DNA of 48,490 nucleotides from Kofleriaceae bacterium (GCA_046597055.1 JBKJLC010000183.1:1-48490); one strand, 5' to 3'. Positions 1 through 9,934 are shown, counted from the first letter of the stretch. Made by a program: numbers and translations. The notes: generated by a model not told the origin, from the letters alone.

Positions 1-215
1 CCTAGTCCCTCTGGATGCCTTGCAGCGATCCAGCGAATCAGGGTTCCACTAAGTATCAAAGACTCTTCCGTCGCTCGCGCGATTGAAGAATCCATCGCCA
101 CCTCATCCGTGCTCGTAGTACTCTTGCGAGTATTCAGAGCCGGTGGGCAGCTAAAACCCAACGCTTCTGTTCTTCCGCTATTCAGTTTTCAGAGACCGAC
201 TCGCCCTTCGACGAG
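1..215 (-). other. 5' leader (pre-16S) of an rRNA operon running off the left edge
   Basis: Non-coding, lower-GC stretch. On the minus strand it has GNRA-capped hairpins (CTGGATCGCT-GCAA-GGCATCCAG at about 11-33; ATACTC-GCAA-GAGTAC at about 118-133) and a boxA-like GTCTCTGAAAACTGAATAG, and it lies just downstream of a strong sigma70 promoter. The 16S 5' end (AGAGTTTGATC) is not inside the window. Confidence 0.8.
177..197 (-). promoter_or_regulatory. rrn boxA-like antitermination element
   Basis: The minus strand reads GGTCTCTGAAAACTGAATAGC, resembling the TCTTTGAAAACTGAATA motif typical of rRNA leaders. Confidence 0.75.
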
Positions 216-221
216 GCGCAG

Positions 222-250
222 AATCTAGTGCATCCGGTTTCAGTCGTCAA
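222..250 (-). promoter_or_regulatory. sigma70 promoter (putative rrn P2)
   Basis: TTGACG (250-245), 17-nt spacer, TAGATT (227-222), followed by a GC-rich discriminator CTGCGCC. Confidence 0.8.
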
Positions 251-315
251 GGCCGGGAAAACTTCTCTCCGACCTCTTCGTTTCCGTCACCGGCGCCGTC
301 CTCAGCGCGGACGGA

Positions 316-364
316 GAATTACCACAGCCCCATTCGAATGGAAGCCCTTGGTGGCGGATTTTTT
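316..364 (-). promoter_or_regulatory. possible upstream rrn promoter (P1) with UP-like A-tract
   Basis: TTCCAT (343-338), 16-nt spacer, TAATTC (321-316) preceded by TGG, with an A6 tract at 364-359. Weaker match than P2. Confidence 0.4.
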
Positions 365-540
365 CACGAGCGCGTTTCGTGCGCGTTTCTCGCCCGACGC
401 AGGGTATCGGCACTCCGGCGCCGCACAGGCGCTGCGTGGCACCGGCGCCATCGAGTCGTAGCGGCAAACGCCACCATTGACGCGCGGCCGGATCCGCAGC
501 GGCGCCTTACCTTGGCCGCTGCTCAGCTGCCGTGCTTGCG

Positions 541-575
541 GCGGCGCGGCGCGGCGCGGCGCGGCGTGGCGCGGC
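541..575. repeat. tandem 5-mer (GCGGC)x7, one variant GTGGC
   Basis: Read directly in the intergenic region between pssA and the rrn promoters. Confidence 0.8.
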
Positions 576-692
576 GGGTGCGCCGGGCATCGCGCGATGC
601 GCGGCGTTGCCGGTAGCGCATGCGCCCGAAAGAATGTGGAAAATGGGTCCCCCGGGGCATAGCGTCACCGCCGCGCGCCGCGGCCGGCGCGG

Positions 693-1529
693 CTACGACT
701 TCGCCGACGGACGCGGAAACAGCGGCGGGGGACGGAGCTCGCGCGCTTCTTCCGCCAGCGCGCCCCAGATCAGGAAAACCACGATCCAGGCAGTCGGCAT
801 CCACACGATGTACTCGGGGAACAGCTGACCGAATCCGAGGACGTAGCCCTGCAGCATGCAAAGCAGCAGGAAGATCGTGACCGCCCGGCTCTCGGCCTTA
901 CCGACCTTGAGCATCCGGAGCGAAGACGCCATGAGGTACGCCCCCACGAACATGGCCGCCGGGACCACCAGCCAGACGCCGCGCGGGGTCGTGATCGAGT
1001 CGCCGAGCAACTTGGGACCTCCGAACGTGGGGCCTGGCACCGAGTACTTGTAGAACGCGAGGAACCACGTCGCGAGCAACCCACCCGCAAGGGTGGTCGG
1101 AACGCCGAAGTAGATCCGCGTCGGGATGCCGTCCTCGGTGTTGATGTTGAAGCGCGCCAGCCGGAACACGGCGGCGAGCACCCACACCAGGCACGCGATC
1201 CACAGATAGTAGCGGGCCGGCCCCTCGGTGTACGGCAGCGCGTCGGGGCCGCTGGCCATCGCCGGCGAGGTCAGGAAGCTGAACACCAGGAACGCCGGCG
1301 CGACCCCGAAGTTCAGGAAGTCGGCGAACGAATCGAGCTGGACGCCGAGCTCGCTGGTGGCGCCCAGGCGTCGGGCGACCAGCCCGTCGAGGCGGTCGCA
1401 CATGACGGCGTAGACGATCAGCCACGCGGCCAGGCGGTAGTCGCCCTGGTGGGCAGAGGCCATCGAGACCAGCCCGAAGACGAGGCTGATGCCGGTGATG
1501 AGATTGGGCGCGAGATAGCGGGCGCGCAC
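693..1529 (-). CDS. pssA: CDP-diacylglycerol--serine O-phosphatidyltransferase
   Basis: N-terminal APNLITG, CDP-alcohol phosphotransferase motif DRLDGLVARRLGATSELGVQLDSFADFLNFG, RLARFN, FGVPT; multiple TM segments. Confidence 0.88.
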   Translation of the reverse strand: MRARYLAPNLITGISLVFGLVSMASAHQGDYRLAAWLIVYAVMCDRLDGLVARRLGATSELGVQLDSFADFLNFGVAPAFLVFSFLTSPAMASGPDALPYTEGPARYYLWIACLVWVLAAVFRLARFNINTEDGIPTRIYFGVPTTLAGGLLATWFLAFYKYSVPGPTFGGPKLLGDSITTPRGVWLVVPAAMFVGAYLMASSLRMLKVGKAESRAVTIFLLLCMLQGYVLGFGQLFPEYIVWMPTAWIVVFLIWGALAEEARELRPPPLFPRPSAKS

Positions 1530-1576
1530 GGGCCCCTACTGTCGCACAGTGCCGCTGCGTGAGGGCTCATGGGGGA

Positions 1577-1987
1577 TCACTTCTCGCGGGCCTGGTCCAT
1601 CAACTTCGAGTAGAGTCGCTGGCCCAGGCTGTCGACCATCAGGCGCTCGACCACCCGATCGATCTCGTCCTGGCTCGAGCCTTCGCGGTAGGTGAAGCGG
1701 ATCCCCATGCCCGGCTCGGCCTGGAGCCCGGCGGCGACCTCGGCCTCGGTGACCAGCCGCTGCACCTCGCCGTGGATGCGCAGCGGTTCGGGCAGCTCCG
1801 GGACATAGAGCTTGAAGACGAACTCCGTGCCGATCGGCAGGGGACGGTTGGTCCGGATGAAGGTACCGCCCCGGGAGATGTTGCGCGTGTAATCGGCGAA
1901 GAAGGCGTTCAGCCGCTTGTACTCGACCTTCAGCTCGATCGGTGCGCGCCCCTCGACGCGTCGGTCCCCTTCGCTTGCGTCGTCCAT
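1577..1987 (-). CDS. PilZ-domain protein (TIGR02266 Myxococcales family)
   Basis: RRVEGR (RxxxR), NISRGGTFI (D/NxSxxG) and PGMGIRF motifs. Start taken at ATG 1987. Confidence 0.88.
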   Translation of the reverse strand: MDDASEGDRRVEGRAPIELKVEYKRLNAFFADYTRNISRGGTFIRTNRPLPIGTEFVFKLYVPELPEPLRIHGEVQRLVTEAEVAAGLQAEPGMGIRFTYREGSSQDEIDRVVERLMVDSLGQRLYSKLMDQAREK

Positions 1988-2041
1988 CGCGTCGATCAAC
2001 TCTAGCCATGCGCCGTCGGGTGGTCAAACCCGGGCGCGACG

Positions 2042-4441
2042 ATGACGCGGATGATGTCGCCCGACGATGCCGTGCTGGCGACCGCGCTGCGCGGCCAGCT
2101 GCGCTCGAAGCGCTTCTACGTGTGGCTCGCGCTCACGGTGGTCCTGACGGGGCTGCTGGTCAGCCTCCCGCTGTTCGGCGTGGTCGGCTACGAGCTGGCG
2201 CTCGCGGTGGCGCTGATCGGCTCGCTGGCCGGGCTCGATCTCGGCGCCGCGCTGGTCCGCACGGCCCAGGCGACGCCGCTGGTGGGCATGGCGCGCGCCG
2301 GCAGCCGGGCCCGGCTGGTCGCCGCGCTCGCGGTGCGGGCGACCGCCCTGCCCCTCGGCCTGATCGCGATCCCGCTGGTCGCGGCCGCCGTGCACGGGGT
2401 GTGGGTGCCGACCTGTGACTGGACCTTCGGGCTGAAGGCCTTCGCCGGGCTGGCGGTGGCGTCGACCGTGCTCGGCGCGACCAGCGGCGTCGCGCTCGCG
2501 CTGTGGATCGGACGCGTCCGCGTGCTGGCGGCGGCGGCGCCCTGGCTGCTCGCGGTCGCGCTGGTGGTCGACGGCATGGTGCGCTTCTACGGCGCGCCCG
2601 CGGTGTTCACCTACAGCCCCCTGCTCGGCTTCTTCCCGGGCAACCTCTACGACGAGGACATCCAGCTGTCGCCAGCCCTGTGGTGGGCGCGGCTCGAGCA
2701 GGTGGCGACGGTGCTGGCCGCGCTGGCCGGGGCCGCCGCGCTGCTCGACGCGCCGACCCTGCGCGTGCGCCTGCGCGCGCGCAGGCCGCGGCCGATCGGC
2801 TGGGGGGCCGCCGTGGTGGCCGCGTTCGCGGCCGCGCTGGCGGTGGCGCTCGGGCTCCAGTCCGGAGCGCTCGGCTACCGGGTCGGCGCGGGGGACGTGC
2901 AGGACGCGCTCGGCGGCGTCCATCGAACCCGGCACTTCACCATCCACTTCGCCGACCAATCGGCGATCCGCGCCGAGCTCGAGCTGTACGCAGCCGACCA
3001 CGAGCTGCGCCTGGCGCAGGTGTGTGCCGAGCTGGCGATGAGCTGCGACCGACTCCACATCCGCTCGTACCTGTTCGCCTCCGACGATCAGAAGGCCCGA
3101 CTCATGGGCGCCCGACGCGTCGAGATGGCCAAGCCGTGGCGCCGCGAGATCTACCTGACCTTCGAGTCGTTTCCGCACAGCTCGCTCCGCCACGAGATCG
3201 CGCACGTGGTGGCCGGCGAGTTCGGCTCGCCGGGGTTCTCGGTCAGCGCCCGCTCGGTGTTCGGCCTGCCGCTCCTGTTCAACCCGGGCATGATCGAGGG
3301 CCTGGCGGTCGCGGTCGACTGGCCCGGGCGCTCGCGCTCGATGACGCCGCACCAGGCGATGAAGGCGATGGACGAGCTCGGCATCGCCCCGCGCGCCGAC
3401 GCGGTGCTGTCGGTGCGCTTCCTGACCCTGGCCAGCTCGCGCGGCTACACCGCCGCCGGATCGTTCCTGCGCTTCCTGCTCGATCGTCACGGGCCAGCCG
3501 CGGTGCGCGCGCTGTACGGGTCGGGCGGCGACTTCCAGGCCTCGCTCGGCCGCAGCCAGGCATCGCTGGTCGCCGAGTGGCGGGAGATGCTCGCCACCAT
3601 CGAGGTCCCGCCCGCGGTGCGCGAGGCCGCGCGCGAGCAGTACCGGCGCGGCGGCGTGTTCTCGCGGCCGTGTCCCCACGCGATCGCAGCGCGGCTCGGC
3701 CGGGCGCGCGCGGTCGCCGGCGAGGGTCGCCGCGATCACGCGATCCGGCTGATGCGGGCGGTCTGTCGCGACGCGCCCGAGGAGCCGAGCTATCGCCTCA
3801 GCCTGGCCGGCCTGCTCGACGCCGGCGAACCCGGTCAGCGCGCGGAGGCGCGCGCGATCTACCTGGCGATCACCACGGGCCAGCTGGGATCGGTGCTGGC
3901 CAGCGAGGCGCTGGCCGGGCTGATCGACCTCGACGCGGCGGCAGGCGACCTCGCGGCGGTGGGCCGGCACGTCGACACCGCGCTGGCCCTGCCGCTCGAC
4001 GACGATCGGCGCCGACCGTTCGAGGCCATGCGCTTCGCGCTCGACGCGCCCGGGCTCGGCGGCGTCGCGCTGCGCCGCTACTTCTTCAGCCCGCGGGTCG
4101 GCGACACCCGGATCGACGACCAGGCGGCGTGGGCGTTGCTCGCCGCGCTCACCGGCGCCATCGACGTGCGCGGCGTCGGCTGGTACCTGCTCGGGGTGCA
4201 GCTCGATGGCGGCGATCGCCATGCGGCGGCCGCGACCGCGCTGTCGATCGCGCTCGGGACCGGCCTGCCGACCCCGCGGTTCGTGCGGGCCGGCGCGCGG
4301 CGCCTGGTGGTGGCCGCGTGGCGGGCGACCCAACCGGCGCGGGTCGAACAGGCGATCGGGCTGCTCGAGGCGTCGAGCTACGAGGTCGATCGGCTGTTCG
4401 CCGCCGACTGGCGGGCCCGGGTCGCGTTCACATCCCGCTGA
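2042..4441 (+). CDS. multi-TM membrane protein with gluzincin (peptidase MA-like) domain and helical C-terminus
   Basis: About 7 hydrophobic segments in the first ~280 aa, then LRHEIAH with downstream IEGLA, then an Ala/Arg-rich TPR-like helical region. Confidence 0.7.
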   Translation: MTRMMSPDDAVLATALRGQLRSKRFYVWLALTVVLTGLLVSLPLFGVVGYELALAVALIGSLAGLDLGAALVRTAQATPLVGMARAGSRARLVAALAVRATALPLGLIAIPLVAAAVHGVWVPTCDWTFGLKAFAGLAVASTVLGATSGVALALWIGRVRVLAAAAPWLLAVALVVDGMVRFYGAPAVFTYSPLLGFFPGNLYDEDIQLSPALWWARLEQVATVLAALAGAAALLDAPTLRVRLRARRPRPIGWGAAVVAAFAAALAVALGLQSGALGYRVGAGDVQDALGGVHRTRHFTIHFADQSAIRAELELYAADHELRLAQVCAELAMSCDRLHIRSYLFASDDQKARLMGARRVEMAKPWRREIYLTFESFPHSSLRHEIAHVVAGEFGSPGFSVSARSVFGLPLLFNPGMIEGLAVAVDWPGRSRSMTPHQAMKAMDELGIAPRADAVLSVRFLTLASSRGYTAAGSFLRFLLDRHGPAAVRALYGSGGDFQASLGRSQASLVAEWREMLATIEVPPAVREAAREQYRRGGVFSRPCPHAIAARLGRARAVAGEGRRDHAIRLMRAVCRDAPEEPSYRLSLAGLLDAGEPGQRAEARAIYLAITTGQLGSVLASEALAGLIDLDAAAGDLAAVGRHVDTALALPLDDDRRRPFEAMRFALDAPGLGGVALRRYFFSPRVGDTRIDDQAAWALLAALTGAIDVRGVGWYLLGVQLDGGDRHAAAATALSIALGTGLPTPRFVRAGARRLVVAAWRATQPARVEQAIGLLEASSYEVDRLFAADWRARVAFTSR

Positions 4442-4958
4442 CGAACTTCCACTTGTCGTTGTTGAACTCGAGGACGAGCTCGTTCTGATCGCGCTTGTCG
4501 GCGCGGCGATCCTGGCCGCGGGCGTCGACCACGGTGAAGCTGGCATCGACCAGCACCTCGACGTGCGCGCGGCAGCCGGTCTCGGGCGCGCCCTCGGCGG
4601 CCGGACAGGTCCGCCGGATCGAGATGTACTTCATCGCGTAGCGGATCTCCTTGGCCTGGAGAAACCGCCCCACCAGGACGTCCTTCAGCCCGTCGTAGCC
4701 GTAGTCGTCGGCGCCGACCGGGGTGCCCGAGTCCTCGAAGTAGGTGTCCGACGCCATCAGGAACAGCGCCTCGGCATCAGCCTTCTCGACCGCCACCCGG
4801 TACGCCTCGACGGTCTTCACGATCTCGCGGTTGACCTTGTCGTCGCTGATCTTGGTGCCCGGGATGTTGCCGGACCGGTGAGCGCACCCGGTACCGATCG
4901 TCACGAGGGCGAGGAGCGCGGTGGTGGTGAAGGGGGCGAGTCTCACGGGAGGCGTCAT
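4428..4958 (-). CDS. putative lipoprotein, NTF2/SnoaL-like fold
   Basis: Lipobox-like IGTGC after a hydrophobic stretch; VEAYRVAVEKADAEALFLMASDTYFED and C-terminal KWKFVSGM are typical of NTF2-like proteins. Confidence 0.6.
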   Translation of the reverse strand: MTPPVRLAPFTTTALLALVTIGTGCAHRSGNIPGTKISDDKVNREIVKTVEAYRVAVEKADAEALFLMASDTYFEDSGTPVGADDYGYDGLKDVLVGRFLQAKEIRYAMKYISIRRTCPAAEGAPETGCRAHVEVLVDASFTVVDARGQDRRADKRDQNELVLEFNNDKWKFVSGM

Positions 4959-5003
4959 TTGCAAGCTCCGGGCCGCGGCTGCTGGAGGTGGCCGGCGCGG
5001 ACG

Positions 5004-5969
5004 CTACACCGTCGACGGGACATCGCCAAGCGCGCCGCCGCGCCAGGACTCGAGTCGTGCCAGAAAGGCACGGAAGTCCTTGTCCGGGTTGTCAACCTGA
5101 CGCAGATAGACGTCCGTGATGCGCGTGATCGTGAAGCGCGCCGCGGCGGCGCGGACCTCGATGGGCAACGCGGCCCGATCGGCGTCGGACAGCGGCCGGC
5201 GCGCGGCATAGCCGGCAGCGAGGGCCCGGATCCGATCGATCTGCGGCTCGCCGTCCCAGCACCAGTCATTGATCGCGACCGCCAGATCGTAGATGTGGCT
5301 GCCGCGCGAGGCCTGCTCGAAGTCGAGGATCGCGACCACGCGGTCGCCGTCCCACAGGACGTTGTCGCGGAACAGGTCGCCGTGGATGAGCCCGTGGCTG
5401 GCGGCGGCCCGGAGCGGCGCCGCGCGCTCGAGCCAGGGCAGCTCGTCGGCGAGGATCGCGACGGCGTATGCGAGCTGCGGGTCTCCGCTGTCGCGAAAGC
5501 CGTGGAAGCGGCGGACCAGGTCGGCGAACTGGTAGATGCCCTCGCGCCAGGTCCCGGGCGGCCGGGTGGCTGCGGCGGTGTGGAGATCGGCGAGCGTGGA
5601 CCCGAGCGTCTGCGCACAGGTTGCGCTCACCTCGTGGGCCGCGCGGTGGTGACCGGGTTGCCAGGCGAACACGCTGACCAGCAGCCCGCGGTGCTCGAGC
5701 ACCAGCCCGCCGTCGGGCGCGGGCAAGGGCACCGGCGCCGGGACCCCGCGCTGGGCCAGGTGCGCGACCAGCGCGGCCTCCCAGACGACGTCGGCCGGGG
5801 CCTTGCCCTCGTTGATCCGGACGAAGAAGCGCCCACGCTCGGTGGTGAAGACGAAGTTGGAGTTGATGGTGCCGGCGGCGATCGGGCGCCACTGGTCCAC
5901 CGCACCCAGCCCCATCGCGGCCGAGATCGTGCGGGCATCGCCGTCATCGAGCTGCGTGAACGTGCCCAA
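5004..5969 (-). CDS. thrB: homoserine kinase type II (APH-fold)
   Basis: IAAGTINSNF, GLIHGDLFRDNVLW, ILDFE, YDLAVAINDWC, C-terminal KDFRAF. Start taken at TTG 5969. Confidence 0.85.
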   Translation of the reverse strand: MGTFTQLDDGDARTISAAMGLGAVDQWRPIAAGTINSNFVFTTERGRFFVRINEGKAPADVVWEAALVAHLAQRGVPAPVPLPAPDGGLVLEHRGLLVSVFAWQPGHHRAAHEVSATCAQTLGSTLADLHTAAATRPPGTWREGIYQFADLVRRFHGFRDSGDPQLAYAVAILADELPWLERAAPLRAAASHGLIHGDLFRDNVLWDGDRVVAILDFEQASRGSHIYDLAVAINDWCWDGEPQIDRIRALAAGYAARRPLSDADRAALPIEVRAAAARFTITRITDVYLRQVDNPDKDFRAFLARLESWRGGALGDVPSTV

Positions 5970-6018
5970 GGGGCCGCGACCATAGCGCATCACCCGCGGT
6001 TCGCGTTATCCTGCGGCG

Positions 6019-6699
6019 GTGAACGAGGAGCGGGCCGCACTGGTCGAGCGTCACCTCGATCTGGCCCGCCGCGCGGCCCGGGTATTCTACCCGCGCGTCC
6101 GCGAGCACGTCGAGCTCGACGAGCTGATCGCGATGGCGAACGTGGGCCTGGTCGAGGCGGCCACCCGCTACGACCCGGCGCTGGGCGCGTCGTTCCGCAC
6201 CTTCGCCTGGTATCGCGTCCAGGGCGCGATCGTCGACGGCTTGCGGCGGATGACCAACCTGCCACGGCGGGTGTGGGCCCAGATCGTCGTGCTGCGCGCG
6301 ACCGCCGACTACCTCGAGGCCCAGGCCAGCCGCGGCGGCGTCGCCCGCGCCACCGAGGGCGAGCGCACCACCGCCGACAAGCTGCGCGAGGTGAAGGACG
6401 CGATCGGCGCGATCCGGACGATGTACGTCGTCGCGATCGACTCGGTCCCGGCCGAGATGATGCCGTCGGATGCGCCCGCGATCGACGACCAGCTCGGCCG
6501 CCGTCGCCAGGCGGCGCGGTTGACCGAGGCGCTCGCCAAGCTGCCCGAGCGCGAACGCACGCTGCTCGACAAGCACTACCGCGAGGGCAAGACGCTGCTC
6601 GATGCGGGCATCGAGCTCGGGATGTCGAAGTCGTGGGCGAGCCGGCTCCACGCGCGCGCGGTCGATCGCCTGCGCGAGCTGATGGCCGAGACCGGCTGA
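6019..6699 (+). CDS. RNA polymerase sigma factor, FliA/WhiG (sigma-28) family
   Basis: Region 2 DELIAMANVGLVEAATRYDPALGASFRTFAWYRVQGAIVDGLR; region 4 LPERERTLLDKHYREGKTLLDAGIELGMSKSWASRLH. Confidence 0.85.
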   Translation: MNEERAALVERHLDLARRAARVFYPRVREHVELDELIAMANVGLVEAATRYDPALGASFRTFAWYRVQGAIVDGLRRMTNLPRRVWAQIVVLRATADYLEAQASRGGVARATEGERTTADKLREVKDAIGAIRTMYVVAIDSVPAEMMPSDAPAIDDQLGRRRQAARLTEALAKLPERERTLLDKHYREGKTLLDAGIELGMSKSWASRLHARAVDRLRELMAETG

Positions 6700-6721
6700 C
6701 CGCCCGGCCCGCGATTGCGGG

Positions 6722-7864
<1,143 letters not shown>

Positions 7865-7914
7865 CCCGGGAACCTACGCCGGCGTCACGGCCCGGGCAAC
7901 CCGAGCCGTGGCAG

Positions 7915-8124
7915 TCAGTTCTGCTCGGACGTCGTGAACAGCGCGTGCCAGCGGCGGACCGCCTCGACCTTGGCCGGCTCGATCAGCTCGGCGACCGCCG
8001 CGATCTCGTCGGGATCCCCTGACGGCGCGAAGACCTCGGCCGGACACAGCACGAACGCCAGCACGTCTCTGGCGCTACGCGGATCGGGCGCGAAGCCACT
8101 GGCATAGAGGGTCTCGGCGGTCAT
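7915..8124 (-). CDS. small hypothetical protein (69 aa)
   Basis: ATG with GAGGG upstream; mostly G/C third positions; 40 nt downstream of the tail-tube gene on the same strand. Confidence 0.5.
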   Translation of the reverse strand: MTAETLYASGFAPDPRSARDVLAFVLCPAEVFAPSGDPDEIAAVAELIEPAKVEAVRRWHALFTTSEQN

Positions 8125-8164
8125 TCGCCACCCTCACACCCGGGATCCAGCCGGGCAACTTTTC

Positions 8165-9106
8165 TCAGGTCCCGTGGCCGCCCGACGAGAGCTTCAGCGT
8201 CACCTTGAGGCCCTCGATCGCGCACTCGACCTTGGTGAGCTTGGCGTCCTCGGAGCCGCTGTCGCTCTTCTCGCTCGACACGTTGAAGATGTGGACGCCG
8301 AAGAACTCGAAGCTGCCCTGCTCGGCCTTGGCGTTGTTGTAGAAGCGGAGGATCGCGGTGGTGCCGCCGGCGCGCTCCCCCTTCATGACCGCCTTTTCGT
8401 GCAAATCGCGGAACGGCGCGGCGTCGACCTCGGGCAGGTAGAACACCAGGTTCGGGTACTCCATCTTGCCGGGGATCTTGGCGGCGTGGAGCTGGGTCCC
8501 GAACGTGTGCTCGATGATCTTCATCTTGAGGCTGAAGGCGTCGACCTTGGAGACGCGCGCGCACGCCGGCCCGTAGCCGTGGAGCTCGAAGTCGAAGTTG
8601 CACGCCGACACGTTGCGCTGCTGCGCCTCCGTCGGCGCCCGCGCGTCCATCGCATCGGCGCCCATCATGTTGCCGGTGACCGCTTCGTACGAGATTTTTT
8701 CGGGGCTGATGGTGACGGTGACGTTGGCGGCGTTCTTGTCGCTGCCGTCCCACTTGGGGAACCCGATCTCGGAGATCAGCGCGTCGTGGAACAGTCGGCG
8801 CGCCTTGGCCTGGTAGTTGGCATCGCCGGCGACGATCGCGCCGTTGCGGCGCTCCGGAATGCCGCCGATGAACTTCTGCATCCAGCTCCAGAAGTCGTTC
8901 GCGCTCGCCAGACCGAGGCTGACCTTGATGTCGTCGTACTTCGGCTTGCCGAGTTGCCGCCAGATCGCGCCGTTCTCGCCCATCTGGTAGTTGATGACGT
9001 CGGCCTTCACGCCCCCGCCTTCGATGGACCGCAGATTGGTGACCGCGATCCCGCCGTCGAGCTCGAGGGCGAAGACCGCGGAGGAGTAGACGTCCTGGCT
9101 GGGCAT
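8165..9106 (-). CDS. phage-tail-tube-like protein with two tandem T4 gp19 / Afp1-Afp5-like domains
   Basis: Domain 1: FALELDG...SIEGG...GKPKYDDIKVSLG...FWSWM...RRNGAIV...FPKWDGS. Domain 2: NFDFELHG...SKVDAFSLK...IPGKMEYPNLVF...LRFYN...KVECAIEGL. Each has the spacing of a ~140-aa tube domain. Confidence 0.8.
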   Translation of the reverse strand: MPSQDVYSSAVFALELDGGIAVTNLRSIEGGGVKADVINYQMGENGAIWRQLGKPKYDDIKVSLGLASANDFWSWMQKFIGGIPERRNGAIVAGDANYQAKARRLFHDALISEIGFPKWDGSDKNAANVTVTISPEKISYEAVTGNMMGADAMDARAPTEAQQRNVSACNFDFELHGYGPACARVSKVDAFSLKMKIIEHTFGTQLHAAKIPGKMEYPNLVFYLPEVDAAPFRDLHEKAVMKGERAGGTTAILRFYNNAKAEQGSFEFFGVHIFNVSSEKSDSGSEDAKLTKVECAIEGLKVTLKLSSGGHGT

Positions 9107-9238
9107 GGGTCGACCTCGTCGATTCTACACGTCGCTACGTCGGAGGAGCGGCGGCGCCGGCGAGCCGCTCGGTGCAGGACATGATACGGTGAACTGCGTG
9201 AAATCCTTCCTCGGGGCGGTGCGATTCGAGGCGGGACG

Positions 9239-9934
9239 GTGACGACCGAGACCCCGCCCACGCTGACCGGCACGGCACGCCCAACTCCCCGACCGGAAAG
9301 GCGAAAGCCGCGGCCGAAGTGGGGCTTCTCCAAGGGCGCAGCGCTGGGTCTCTTGATCGTGATTCCGCTGTGCGCGGCCGCGATCTGGGGGCTTGGCCGG
9401 GTGGGAATCGGCAACCCGACGGCCACCATGATCGACTGTCTGCGGATGGTGTCGGTCTTCTCGGGGCTGGCGGCCTTGCTCACCGCCGGGGGGGTCGGGA
9501 GGCTGACCGCGCAGGCGAGCATCGAGCGCGGGGGCGGACGGCGGCGGGCGGTGATGGTGGGGGCGAGGGCGATGGCGGCCGCGGGGGCGGCGCTCGTGAT
9601 CATCGCCGCGATCGCGCTCGGAGATCCGCCCATGACGCCGCCGGGATGGGTGGCGCTCGCCGCAGGGGGGGCGCTGGCGGGGGCGATCGCGGGGGCGCTG
9701 ATCGGGATGGCGTGCGGGGGGCCGATGCCGACGCTGACCGAGCTGGGCGTGTGGCCGATCGAGCCGATCGAGTGGACCCGGGATCTGCTCGGGCTGGAGG
9801 ACCGTCGGAGCGAGGCGGACGCGCCGGCTGCGATCGAGGGGCCAGCCGGGCCAGCCGGGCCAGCCGGGAGTGAGGACGGGCCGGAGCGGCCGGGGCGGCC
9901 GGGACGGGCCAGGCGGTCCGAGCCGGACGGATGA
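9239..9934 (+). CDS. hypothetical membrane protein (about 4 TM)
   Basis: Four hydrophobic Gly/Ala-rich segments; its stop overlaps the next start (ATGA). Confidence 0.6.
   Translation: MTTETPPTLTGTARPTPRPERRKPRPKWGFSKGAALGLLIVIPLCAAAIWGLGRVGIGNPTATMIDCLRMVSVFSGLAALLTAGGVGRLTAQASIERGGGRRRAVMVGARAMAAAGAALVIIAAIALGDPPMTPPGWVALAAGGALAGAIAGALIGMACGGPMPTLTELGVWPIEPIEWTRDLLGLEDRRSEADAPAAIEGPAGPAGPAGSEDGPERPGRPGRARRSEPDG

Noticed and set aside
1..60. Mature 16S rRNA sequence
   Set aside because: The conserved 16S 5' motif is absent; only leader sequence lies within the window.
228..880. Short ORFs upstream of the rrn leader
   Set aside because: They overlap the promoter region, a 5-mer repeat or pssA, and their translations are low-complexity.
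7915..9106. Prophage or complete eCIS/T6SS locus
   Set aside because: Only a tube-like gene is present; there are no sheath, baseplate, capsid, terminase, integrase or att-like repeats, and the flanks are host genes.
9107..9238. Sigma-28 promoter driving the tube gene
   Set aside because: No TAAA-N15-GCCGATAA-like match seen; a sigma70-type TAGAAT is present instead.
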